From an uncultured delta proteobacterium (GTDB lineage: Bacteria > Desulfobacterota > Binatia > Binatales > Binataceae), in assembly GCA_963711565.1 (NCBI GenBank), contig CAVQEQ010000004.1, positions 1 to 64,000 of the forward strand: 64,000 nt of DNA, written 5' to 3'. The translations under genes and the position numbers were made by a program. This document shows, piece after piece, positions 49,017 through 58,040 of this stretch (positions are counted from its first letter, which is position 1; every line of letters begins with the position of its first letter). The notes under the pieces were generated by a model that did not search any database, had not been told where the DNA came from, and saw nothing but the letters and a program-made list of their open reading frames with translations.

Positions 49017-49889
49017 ATGGACATCTACGCAATCGTGACCGACAAGATAATCAATCTACTTGAACAAGGCGTCGTGCCGTGGCGCAGGCCGTGGACCTCA
49101 GCCGGACTGCCGCGCAATCTTGTGAGCAAGAAGCCATATAGAGGAATCAATCATTTTCTACTTTCCGTATCGAAGTATGTTTCACCGTTTTGGCTGACAA
49201 TGCGCCAGGCTAACGAACTTGGCGGACACATCCGCAAAGGCGAGGAAAGCACGGTTGTCGTGTTCTGGAAGGTTGACGATACGAAACAAAGCACCAGAGA
49301 CCTCGACACCGAGGAGACCGACGGGAAGGCGCGACGACGGTTCTTGCTCAGATATTATCGCGTGTTCAACCTCGAACAATGCGAGCTTCCGCAAGCGGTA
49401 CTCGACAAGCTGCCGAAGATCGAGACGCACGAGCACGATCCGATCGAAGCGGCCGAACGGATCATCGCCGTAATGCCCAACCCGCCGGAGGTTCAGCACG
49501 CAGGATCAAAAGCGTTCTACAGCCCGATCACAGATCGAATCACTCTGCCGCCGCGCGAACTTTTCGCGAGCGCTGAAGAATATTACGCCACAGCGCTGCA
49601 CGAGACCGTCCACAGCACCGGCCATCAGAAGCGCCTTGCGCGAGAAGGGATTTGCGAAGTCGCTCCGTTCGGTTCCGCCGTCTACTCAAAAGAAGAATTG
49701 TGCGCGGAAATGGGAGCCGCCTATCTTTGCGCGGAAGTCGGCATTACAGCTGCAGTCATCGATAATCAGGCCGCGTACGTGGCCGGCTGGCTAAAGAAAC
49801 TCCGCGACGATCGCAAGCTCCTGATACACGCCGCCGCGCAAGCGCAGCACGCCGCGGATTATATCCTCCGGGCCCCGCATGCAGTCTGA
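49017..49889 (+). CDS. ardC: ArdC antirestriction protein (ssDNA-binding + zincin)
   Basis: GVVPWRRPW, YRGIN, W-T-RQA..GG-IRKGE, ALHETVH-TGH, YS-EEL-AE. Confidence 0.93.
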   Translation: MDIYAIVTDKIINLLEQGVVPWRRPWTSAGLPRNLVSKKPYRGINHFLLSVSKYVSPFWLTMRQANELGGHIRKGEESTVVVFWKVDDTKQSTRDLDTEETDGKARRRFLLRYYRVFNLEQCELPQAVLDKLPKIETHEHDPIEAAERIIAVMPNPPEVQHAGSKAFYSPITDRITLPPRELFASAEEYYATALHETVHSTGHQKRLAREGICEVAPFGSAVYSKEELCAEMGAAYLCAEVGITAAVIDNQAAYVAGWLKKLRDDRKLLIHAAAQAQHAADYILRAPHAV

Positions 49890-49895
49890 AAATCG

Positions 49896-49924
49896 GCGGC
49901 GCCCGCGCGATGCGCGGGCGCCGC
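49896..49924 (+). terminator. GC-rich hairpin after ardC
   Basis: GCGGCGCCCGCGC-gat-GCGCGGGCGCCGC; no U-tract. Confidence 0.55.
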
Positions 49925-50361
49925 TGTACTGTCAATCACTCTCCCAGTGCTGGCACCAGATTCTTGGATATTAGTCTCTCGATCTCCGTCTTCGGAATTC
50001 GAATCTAGCGGTGATCGCCCAGGCGAAGGACGCCTATCTGGCTCTTATCAATCATCTCGTACACTGCCGAATTGGAGACTGCGAGCATTGCCGGTTAATC
50101 TGCAACAAGCAACATGGGCGCACGCACGCAACGCACTCAGGCGCGTTCATAATTAACAGGCTCGCAGCGCCGGTCTCTCCAATCGACCAAAGATGATCGC
50201 TTACTCCGGCTTCCGGCGGCCAAACCAGTTTGCTGCAAAAATGACCGGGGATACGGCTGCCAGCGCTGACGACGCCGCTTACGGTGTCAGTGCAAGACCT
50301 GGCCGAGTTGCCCTACGGTCCCCGGTCACTTCGACGGTACCGGCGCTCGATCAGAACATCA

Positions 50362-51288
50362 CTAGTGGGAAGATGTCCGGCGCAACATGCGCCCACTATT
50401 GACAGGGGGTCCATCGTCCATTCTTGCCGGGCCCTTCGCGGTAATTTTTTGAAGTGTCTGGAGTTGTTGAGGCCACAGCAGTCCATGCAGCGACCAGGGT
50501 TTTCCAAGTGCCGCACGCTCTGTCTCGCCATCGACGAGCAGCTGGCCTCGCCGTACGTAGTCAAGGACTCGCTGGCGCCGCCATCCAAATATTGGAAAAT
50601 GTGAAGGCGGTTTCACATCACTGGTGAGTAGATAAACGTTCTTCTGCCATACGTCCCATGCAATCAGAGGAAACCGGAACATCAGCGGCTCAATCTTCGG
50701 AACTACCGAACCGGCTGGGGTAATCGCGTAACGCTGAAAAACTCCTTTGGCGTCGAAGAGGTTTCGTCGAGCGGTCGCGTAAGCCGGCAGGGATGCGCCG
50801 AGATCGCACAGGAACTCATGGCTCATCAGCAGATGAGGAGTCGCATCTATCCTTCCAATGCTTCGAATCCACTCGGCCGGACTGTCGGTCTGAGGACGAC
50901 GTACCAATCCCGGATCGTAGAGCCACGACTGCAGCCACGCGTCGAGAGCGTACCAAACGTCCAACGCTTCATCCGTAACTGCATGAATTCCGCGTGGCTT
51001 GCCTCTGCAGTAGTGTTCGCGAAGTATACGCCAATAGCTGAATGCTTTTTCACCGTACACATTCAAGGCGCAGAAGATTGTGAACTGCCGGCTTGATGGA
51101 AACTTGCCCGCAGGAAGGTAGCGCGTGAAATCGTTCAATGACCTCGCATACTCAAGCCGGCGTGAAGATTGTATATTGCCCCATTCCTGTTTTAATTCAG
51201 GTCTATCCTGCGGTTGGCCGTCCGACCGATCGAACTCAGCAAATGCGCGCTCAAGATCGTGAAGCAGCGCGAAAACTTGGGGTTTCAT
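50362..51288 (-). CDS. Hypothetical protein
   Basis: 308-aa ORF, ATG after AGGGA; no motif recognised. Confidence 0.55.
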   Translation of the reverse strand: MKPQVFALLHDLERAFAEFDRSDGQPQDRPELKQEWGNIQSSRRLEYARSLNDFTRYLPAGKFPSSRQFTIFCALNVYGEKAFSYWRILREHYCRGKPRGIHAVTDEALDVWYALDAWLQSWLYDPGLVRRPQTDSPAEWIRSIGRIDATPHLLMSHEFLCDLGASLPAYATARRNLFDAKGVFQRYAITPAGSVVPKIEPLMFRFPLIAWDVWQKNVYLLTSDVKPPSHFPIFGWRRQRVLDYVRRGQLLVDGETERAALGKPWSLHGLLWPQQLQTLQKITAKGPARMDDGPPVNSGRMLRRTSSH

Positions 51289-51712
51289 TCCCTACTTCCC
51301 AGACCCAGGCGATGATAGCAGGAACCCCCGCGGACCGGTCATTCGAATCAACGAGCTTCCGTCGTGCCGGTGCTTCGTGCGTGGATTTCCTCGTCGGCCG
51401 CGCCATTACGCCGATCGTGCCCGCGTAAGTTTCGTTTATGAGTACAAAGGCGCAGCGTTCCAAGCTGGAAGAACTGGGCTACACCGACGATCAAATCGCC
51501 AAGCCCGCAGAAGCGCACGGCATCTTGAAGATCGGAACTAAGGCTTCAGCTTGAGCCCATTGCGCATGTGGATTTTTGTTCACAGACGGTTTAAGAATAT
51601 CGCCGATGGATTCCTCTACAACGAGGAGTGCATTCTGTACAGGATCGGCGCGCTTACCGCCTCTCCTTGCTCGGGTAGGTATACACTTTAATTGTGCACA
51701 GGGGAAAATGAA

Positions 51713-52720
51713 ATGCCACTAACTCCGATCTTTTATGTACCAATATTGAAAACCAAAGCGGGAGAGAAATGGGCTCTTTCTCATTTGGAATTCCCCGCCA
51801 AAGCGAGACTGCGACCTCTCATGGAACTCCACGGAAACAACGACAAATCGCTTACCGAACATCTCGACAGTTTGTGCGATGATCTAGCATCAGATTGGGG
51901 AACCGGGCGCTGGCTTTATTTGGACGGCATTTGGCTACATGGTGAGCACGGCTCTGCGGCTACTCTATCCGCGATCTTTGCAACTGCAGCGGAAAAAAGT
52001 CTAAAGGCGCTTCCGGTCGTGCGGACTACGTTCGGCGATCTCGCACTAGAAACTGTTCAAGACATTGTTACTGAAAATGACAACAATGGGTACCTGCTTC
52101 GCATAACGCCCGGCGATTTAGATCATACTGCGGCGATCAATGCGACGGTCGCGGCGATTGGCGTTCCACGAGATCGTATAGACCTATTGCTCGACTATCG
52201 CCATCATCCGATGAATCTAGTAACTGATGTCCCGAGAGTTCCCCATCTTAGCGATTGGCGCAGGTTTATAGCTGCTTCCGGCGTGTTTCCTAGGACCCAA
52301 ACCGGACTTCCGATCAATGTATGGACCCCTGTTCCTCGAATCGATTGGACATCCTGGCTATCACAGCGAAGTAGTCTCACGCGGAAGCCTATTTTCTCTG
52401 ATTATACGACGCGTTCGCCGGGAGCACCGGCGGAATTTGGAGTTCCTCGCGTCAACATCCGATACGCGACAAACGACACGTGGTCCTTCCACCAAGCGGG
52501 CAGATTTGCGGACGGCGCAGCACCGGAGATGCACGGCCTCTGCAATCAATTGGTGGTACGTCCGGAGTTTCGAGGAGCAACCTTCAGCGCAGGAGATGAA
52601 GCGTATGATCGGGTGCAAGACCCGACTGAAGGACCGGGCGGACCGACTCAGTGGGTTCAGTGGGCGGTGAGTCATCATATCGAATTTGCAGTTGAGCAGG
52701 CTGTTGCTGTCGGGCCTTAA
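51713..52720 (+). CDS. Beta-family (T4 beta/sce7725-like) protein
   Basis: YVPILKTKAGE..AL, LLLD, FSDY, NIRY, FSAGD, W..HHI. Confidence 0.85.
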   Translation: MPLTPIFYVPILKTKAGEKWALSHLEFPAKARLRPLMELHGNNDKSLTEHLDSLCDDLASDWGTGRWLYLDGIWLHGEHGSAATLSAIFATAAEKSLKALPVVRTTFGDLALETVQDIVTENDNNGYLLRITPGDLDHTAAINATVAAIGVPRDRIDLLLDYRHHPMNLVTDVPRVPHLSDWRRFIAASGVFPRTQTGLPINVWTPVPRIDWTSWLSQRSSLTRKPIFSDYTTRSPGAPAEFGVPRVNIRYATNDTWSFHQAGRFADGAAPEMHGLCNQLVVRPEFRGATFSAGDEAYDRVQDPTEGPGGPTQWVQWAVSHHIEFAVEQAVAVGP

Positions 52721-53309
52721 GCGCGAGGCGCACCTCATTGCACAGCATCTTGAGAGGCAAGGTCTCGATTTGTTGCCATAGCTCGATCACGGGTGCTTGT
52801 TGAGGAACGTGAATGCCCGCCCGTGCCAGAACTCTACGGCATTCCTGCTTCCAAAGAACCCGAACAAGGACTTTAGGATCTGGCTGGCAATTTTTTCGCG
52901 GGGCTCGCTTCGAGGACAGCCGGACAGTCCCATTGTCGGCTCTTTCAGCAAGCATGATTCCCCAGCTTTTCGGAATTCGTTTCCTAGCTGGATTCAGATG
53001 CTTGCGAGTCACAACGAGCGTAATGAATTCAAAGAGGCTTTGATATTGATCAGTTTGCGTGCCAAGCCTGACTAGCGAATCATGCTCGCTCTTAATTTCG
53101 TATCCGCAGAGCTCGCCATTAATGTACGCAATATCGGCGCGCCCGCGCCCTCTTAATAGGGGCAACTCTTCCACGATAGCCGCCGTTGGGTCTTGCTCCT
53201 GCAAAAAGCGAATCAAGGCGGCGCGAATGTCTCCGTCGAACAATCCCACCGTGGAAGAATCTAGCCGCTGGCATGGTGCCGGTTCAAGCGATACAAAACA
53301 GGGTTTCAT
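52584..53309 (-). CDS. sce7726-family protein (PD-(D/E)XK-like)
   Basis: EEL..RADIA.ING..GYEIKSE-DSL-RL..Q..Y, WGI; true start probably ~53260. Confidence 0.85.
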   Translation of the reverse strand: MKPCFVSLEPAPCQRLDSSTVGLFDGDIRAALIRFLQEQDPTAAIVEELPLLRGRGRADIAYINGELCGYEIKSEHDSLVRLGTQTDQYQSLFEFITLVVTRKHLNPARKRIPKSWGIMLAERADNGTVRLSSKRAPRKNCQPDPKVLVRVLWKQECRRVLARAGIHVPQQAPVIELWQQIETLPLKMLCNEVRLALKARQQQPAQLQIRYDDSPPTEPTESVRPVLQSGLAPDHTLHLLR

Positions 53310-53360
53310 TCAAAAAACTACCACTACCCAATCACAAGACGACGGCAAGAGCGCCCGTGT

Positions 53361-53921
53361 TCAGTTCAATATTGTGAAAAAGCGTCGGCGATCATCAAGT
53401 GGTAACCAGAGGGCGGCGGTCAGATTCGCCGACAGACCTTTGGAGGCGCAAGTGCCCTCAAGCTCTGCCCTCAACTCTCGATTGTTTGCGACAAACCAGA
53501 AGATGAACGTCAGCAGAGGCATAGGCCAATCCCCCGTCAGCTCACAGTATTTCCGGCTTGCCTCCCATATGAGCGCCTCGGTCCAGCGAGGACTAAGTTC
53601 GCCGGTAGCTTCCGGATCCTTGTCTGCGTGCTTCAGAAAATTTTCCGGCGTGTTGATGTACTTCCTGAATTCGCGAGCGGAATCCGCGTTGAGAAAGCAA
53701 TGGAGGTCTTTGAGCATCGGCTAGCCACCACGGTGTTCATTGATGTCTCGTATGACCGAATACGCGGCTGCGGCCAACGTATGGATTGACACTTCGTCGC
53801 CGTGCTCAAAGTAGAGCTTAGTGGCCGTCTCAAGCTGGCGTCGGGCCGCATCCAGTTTGCTTAGACGCAGGGGCTGGTGGATCTCGTTCGAGCTGACGGA
53901 GGCTCGTCGCATTCTGTTCAT
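53361..53921 (-). pseudogene. Conserved hypothetical gene interrupted by an in-frame TAG (53721-23)
   Basis: SKLDAARRQLETA..SIHTLAAAA..*PMLKD..ENFLKHADKDP all in one frame. Confidence 0.7.
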
Positions 53922-54005
53922 GCGGTGATCGTAAGCGTCGGCGGCGTCGCGCTCAACGCGCCGACGCAGATACTCGCGCGAAGCGGGTATGACCGGACGG
54001 CCGGG

Positions 54006-54242
54006 TCAACAGCCCGTCTCTTTTCTAACTGACGAGCTGGAGAAGTCCCGCGTGTTTCGCGACCAAAGTTCGACGCCGGCGTTCGTCCTAACCCCGATGG
54101 CTCGATAGCCGTCGAGCTTGACCTCGTACTGCCAGGCCGGACCTTCCGGCAATTTCTCGACCGCGAGGCAAAGCATCGGCTCGATGAATCCGGCCTTCGT
54201 CGGGGCAGTCCTCTCGGGCCTCTTCTCCTTTTCGGTTGCCAC
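54006..54242 (-). pseudogene. Truncated LigD-type ATP-dependent ligase
   Basis: FIEPML..LPEG..W.YEVKLDGYRA..LWSRN, then truncated. Confidence 0.85.
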
Positions 54243-54617
54243 TGGATTGGAAGCATATTACCTCAGATCTCGAACCCCACAGAGCAGGTGATAAGGCAAG
54301 GAAGCAGATGCTCGCCGTTTTCTCAGAAGCGACCGACGAGCCGTCGATCTTCGGCATTCAGGTTGGACGGATTTACTTCAGTGCGCGGTGTCTGTTCCGC
54401 GCCTGCCCAAATCTCGCAGCGACTTGCGTCCGGCCGATAGACCGCATCGGCAGGCCCGCTCATCGCGATCTCCTGGTTTGCGACGCACATTCCGAGCGGC
54501 TCATAGCACGGGCCAGGTCCAAACAGCTCGACGTTTCGATTCGGGACTAAAGACCACTTGCAATTTAGGGGCGTGCAAGCGCATCTCTATGCCGCCTCGA
54601 GAACACCGGTCTTGCTG

Positions 54618-54902
54618 CTAGGAATTCAACAGCCGCTCAAGTCGTTCTACGCGAACATGCGGTGGCAGCAGGATTCTATTCTCAAGCAGGCACCTTTCGG
54701 CATGGCCTCCGTACTCGATTCTGTAACGCCGCCATCCGCGGAGCTCGCTGGGGAGAGCATCGGGGTTCATGATGAGTTCTTCGGTCACGTCAACGTAAAG
54801 TCGGTTCTTAGGTTCTTTCCGCAGAGAGCTGGCTTTCCGCTTTGCCTTTTTCATCTTGGGACCCCACTTCGCAACATCTCCGGAGAGTCGCCATTGTAGC
54901 AT
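54618..54902 (-). CDS. Small hypothetical protein
   Basis: Basic N-terminus, WRRYRIEY; weak support. Confidence 0.35.
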   Translation of the reverse strand: MLQWRLSGDVAKWGPKMKKAKRKASSLRKEPKNRLYVDVTEELIMNPDALPSELRGWRRYRIEYGGHAERCLLENRILLPPHVRVERLERLLNS

Positions 54903-55015
54903 CGCACTCCAGTCCTGTGGGCTACTCAGCGGCGCGAGGCTTTCAGCCGGCTCTGGATCAGGTTACTTTGGAATCGGCAAATGAGCGCGAACACAAATCA
55001 GAACGGAGATGAATC

Positions 55016-55387
55016 GTGAAGAGCGTGCGCAGGCCACGTGCAATCATCCTGGACACGACTGATAGAAACGGATGTTTCGATCCCGAGAAGGTAGCGGACC
55101 TGCTCGATTGGACCCCGGACGAAGTGCGCCGATATCTCGACCAACAGCCGTCAAGCATCCCGAAGAGTGTCACAGTCTCGGCGACCCACGTGAGGCTGCA
55201 TTCTCTCGCTACGCTCATTCAGGAGGTCTTCGAACTCATGCACGAGGATATCTACGAGATGCGCGCATGGTTCCAAGCTCCGATCAAAGCGCTGGACGGC
55301 GGGTCGCCTCGGGACATGATTCTCGCTGGCGAGTTAGAGCGAGTCTCCGCTTTGGTTGACGAGACTGCTAGCGGGTTCGCCTTCTAG
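55016..55387 (+). CDS. Xre/MbcA/ParS-type antitoxin (orphan)
   Basis: HTH-like N-terminus; AWF..P..ALDG.SP.DMI..G...V. Confidence 0.75.
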   Translation: MKSVRRPRAIILDTTDRNGCFDPEKVADLLDWTPDEVRRYLDQQPSSIPKSVTVSATHVRLHSLATLIQEVFELMHEDIYEMRAWFQAPIKALDGGSPRDMILAGELERVSALVDETASGFAF

Positions 55388-55550
55388 CGGGCGAACCTTC
55401 CTCCGGCGCAGCAGCGCCCGGCTATTTCCATCGGGCGCGGTCGTGAGGACGCGGCCAGACGCCGCGCCTGTTCAATTCCTCAATTTCTAGATACTACCCG
55501 ACCTGCCACGCGCGGCGAACAGTCTTAAGTCTGTCCAGCCAGTGATGGGC

Positions 55551-55763
55551 TCAAGATTTCTGAAAGAAATCCGCGACCTGCACATCGAGAGCTCGGGCGA
55601 GTTTCACGATTGTGGTCAGCGAGGGGCTACGTTTACCGCGCAGAATCTGCGACAAGTGCCCCTTGGAGAAATCTGTTTCAAGATAGAAGCGGTCGAGCGA
55701 GCCGTACTTCTGGATGACGATCTCGCGCAGCCTTCGGCGGAATAGAGCCTCCTCGTTTGCCAC
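55551..55763 (-). CDS. XRE-family HTH regulator
   Basis: FSKGHLSQILRGKRSPSLTTIVKLARALDV. Confidence 0.85.
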   Translation of the reverse strand: MANEEALFRRRLREIVIQKYGSLDRFYLETDFSKGHLSQILRGKRSPSLTTIVKLARALDVQVADFFQKS

Positions 55764-55791
55764 ACCGCGCGTGTAGCAAAAGAGGACTGGC

Positions 55792-55817
55792 CCAGCGTTT
55801 GCAATTGCAAACGCTGG
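55792..55817. promoter_or_regulatory. Perfect 26-bp palindrome upstream of the XRE gene
   Basis: CCAGCGTTTGCAATTGCAAACGCTGG. Confidence 0.65.
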
Positions 55818-55877
55818 ATACTGTCAGAGATGAGTGAAACGATCAATGGCCGCGCGACGCGAGGCGAAGTCGCTTCT

Positions 55878-56858
55878 TCACGAGCTACCGTTGCGGCCGT
55901 TACGATAAGGGTGTCCGTTGAGATGTCCATTCGTTTCGTGCACTTCGTAGCGTTGAAGCCGATTGTAGAGGTTCCGTCGGCTCATTCCGAGAAGACTGGA
56001 CGCGCGAGCCTTATTTCCTCCGGCGAAGGCCAAGGTCCGGAAAATCAACTCGCGTTCGACCTCGCACATAGCCGAGCCAACGCGGACCATGAAGTGCGCT
56101 TCTGCGCCGTGAGAAGGAACGGACTCCATCGGCAGATCTCCAGCCGAAAGCATTGGAGAGGGGCACCTTATCACCGCGCGTTGGACGACATTGCGCAACT
56201 CTCGAACGTTTCCCGGCCACACGTGAGCTCGGAGGGCATCCAGGCAGTCTTGGCTCATACCTTGAATTTTCTTGTTGTGTTCCCGGTTGAATTCCTGGAT
56301 GAAGTGCTCGACGAGCAAAGGCAAATCCTCAAGACGGTCTCGCAGCGGAGGCAGCTCGACGGTGTAAACGTTGAGACGGTAGTAGAGGTCCTCGCGCAAT
56401 CGCCCCTCGCGGATCGCTTGACGAAGCGAACGATTGGATGCGGCGAAGACGCGCACGTCGATCGGCAGCTCTTTGCTTGCGCCGAGGCGGAGAACTCTCT
56501 TCTCTTCGAGAACACGAAGCAGTTTGGCCTGCATCTCCGGCCGCATCTCGGTGATCTCGTCGAGCAGAAGGCTGCCGCCGTTCGCCCGCTCGAAGCATCC
56601 CTCGCGGCGGCGATCCGCTCCCGTAAAGGCCCCGCGTTCGTGGCCGAACAGTTCGCTTTCGATCAGGCTTTCAGGGATCGCCGCGCAATTGATTGCCACG
56701 TACGGTCGGTTTTGGCGCTGCGACTTGTCATGGATCGCTCGTGCGGCCCGCTCTTTTCCCGTACCGCTCTCGCCAGTAATGATCACCGGCGCGCTCGTAA
56801 GAGCGGCTTCTTCAATCAGGCGTATGGCCCGGCGTATCGCTAGCGACTGACCAACCAA
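55878..56858 (-). CDS. Sigma54-dependent activator (AAA+ and Fis HTH) lacking an N-terminal sensor domain
   Basis: GESGTGKE, ESELFGHERGAFTGA, LDEI, DLYYRL, WPGNVREL, GNKARASSLLG. Confidence 0.93.
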   Translation of the reverse strand: MVGQSLAIRRAIRLIEEAALTSAPVIITGESGTGKERAARAIHDKSQRQNRPYVAINCAAIPESLIESELFGHERGAFTGADRRREGCFERANGGSLLLDEITEMRPEMQAKLLRVLEEKRVLRLGASKELPIDVRVFAASNRSLRQAIREGRLREDLYYRLNVYTVELPPLRDRLEDLPLLVEHFIQEFNREHNKKIQGMSQDCLDALRAHVWPGNVRELRNVVQRAVIRCPSPMLSAGDLPMESVPSHGAEAHFMVRVGSAMCEVERELIFRTLAFAGGNKARASSLLGMSRRNLYNRLQRYEVHETNGHLNGHPYRNGRNGSS

Positions 56859-57143
56859 TTTTCGCTCGCGAGATCAAAATCACAACCCCACCCCCGCCGG
56901 CACGTTCGCAGAAAGTAATCAGGCTGTGGATAACTTGTCAACAGGTTAATTTTGGTTACATTCTGCTGTTAACAGAACGTTAATGGTAACCTTACCTACT
57001 CTTGGCGACGGCTTCCTTTCCCGCCCTAACTCGGACATCAGGGACCGATATCGTAAAAGCATTATGTTTCCTTTTGATCGCTCAACCTCTCGACCCCTGC
57101 CACTGGCGAGCAATCTAGACTAGCTCCGCAAACGATGGCTCTC

Positions 57144-57230
57144 TGTGCAAAGTTTGCACATTGAAGGGCGAGCAAGACGAATTCCGAAATCGCCACGGAC
57201 ACTTACGATTGTGTGTGCAAAGATTGCACA
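57144..57230. promoter_or_regulatory. Two 17-bp palindromes (candidate upstream activator sites)
   Basis: TGTGCAAAGTTTGCACA (57144-60) and TGTGCAAAGATTGCACA (57214-30). Confidence 0.7.
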
Positions 57231-57333
57231 TGCACACTTTCTCTTCCGCCGAATGATCGCCAAATCCCTCTGTGGTCGGCGTGTCCACAACCGGATCGCG
57301 CCTTGTCGGTCGGCGTTCACGTGAACAGAGGAA

Positions 57334-57349
57334 CGGCACCGCCGTTGCT
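57334..57349 (+). promoter_or_regulatory. Sigma54 -24/-12 promoter upstream of the excisionase
   Basis: CGGCACCGCCGTTGCT: GG-N10-GC matching YGGCAC-N5-TTGCW. Confidence 0.7.
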
Positions 57350-57407
57350 CAATGAGTCTTCGGATGAGTGTGGGGTTGCGGGGATCTTTCGCTGCCGGGG
57401 GTCTTCT

Positions 57408-57812
57408 ATGTCGTACCAACCGCCGCACCAAATCACTTCGCGGGCAACATTGTCGTCCGCGACTATCGAGGAACTCCTCACAGATCCATCGCGTACAAGA
57501 GGGTTGGTCCTCGAATCGGTGCCCGAACTTCTAACGCAAGTTGCGTCGCGTGTAGCGTCGCTGAAAACTCTCGAGGGCGCGCTGCTCGCCCTGATGCTAA
57601 GTCAGCGGGTCGCGAACGGCGGCGCCAGGAACGTCGGCAGTGCGCTTCTGGGTGCGGCGGAACTCGCGAAACTTCTGGGCGTTCCAGAATCGTGGGTCAG
57701 AGAACAGGCGCGCCTCGGCAACCTGCCGTCCTTCAAACTCGGGCACTACGTTCGCTTCAGAGTCGAAGAAGTCGAGCGCTTTCTCGCCCAACGCGCCAGC
57801 CAAGCCGCTTGA
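57408..57812 (+). CDS. Excisionase-like HTH protein
   Basis: LLGAAELAKLLGVPESWV..G.LPSFKLG.YVRF..EVERFL. Confidence 0.8.
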   Translation: MSYQPPHQITSRATLSSATIEELLTDPSRTRGLVLESVPELLTQVASRVASLKTLEGALLALMLSQRVANGGARNVGSALLGAAELAKLLGVPESWVREQARLGNLPSFKLGHYVRFRVEEVERFLAQRASQAA

Positions 57813-57847
57813 CTTTCTAGATCATCGACTATACGATACGTATAGTC
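57809..57847 (+). promoter_or_regulatory. Sigma70 promoter with overlapping operator for xre-int
   Basis: TTGACT-N17-TACGAT; inverted repeat GACTATACG-ata-CGTATAGTC ends at the ATG. Confidence 0.65.
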
Positions 57848-58039
57848 ATGACTGGGCGAGAACTCCATTCCATCAGACAGAAGTTGGCGCTTACGCAAGC
57901 TGCACTTGCGGAAGCAGTCGGTGTAACTTCGAATACCGTGGCGCGCTGGGAGCGCGGCGAGATGGCAATCTCCGAGCCGGCCGCTAGACTGTTGGAGAAG
58001 CTCGCCGAGGAACGTAAAATCGCTAGGCGAGGGAATTAA
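57848..58039 (+). CDS. Small XRE-family HTH protein
   Basis: LTQAALAEAVGVTSNTVARWERGE. Confidence 0.88.
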   Translation: MTGRELHSIRQKLALTQAALAEAVGVTSNTVARWERGEMAISEPAARLLEKLAEERKIARRGN

Positions 58040-58040
58040 G

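Noticed and set aside
51438-51553. 38-aa ORF (LEELGYTDDQIAK..EAHGIL)
   Set aside because: Looks like a remnant of a small helical domain; too short and unsupported to annotate.
53721-53723. Amber readthrough or pyrrolysine recoding
   Set aside because: No pyl genes; TAG is a normal stop elsewhere in the window; the surrounding region is decayed.
55830-56843. 337-aa plus-strand ORF
   Set aside because: Typical antisense shadow of a sigma54 activator gene.
56925-56990. DnaA box (TGTGGATAA) beside an AT-rich tract as a replication origin
   Set aside because: Only one perfect box and no rep or dnaA context; more likely part of the activator promoter region.
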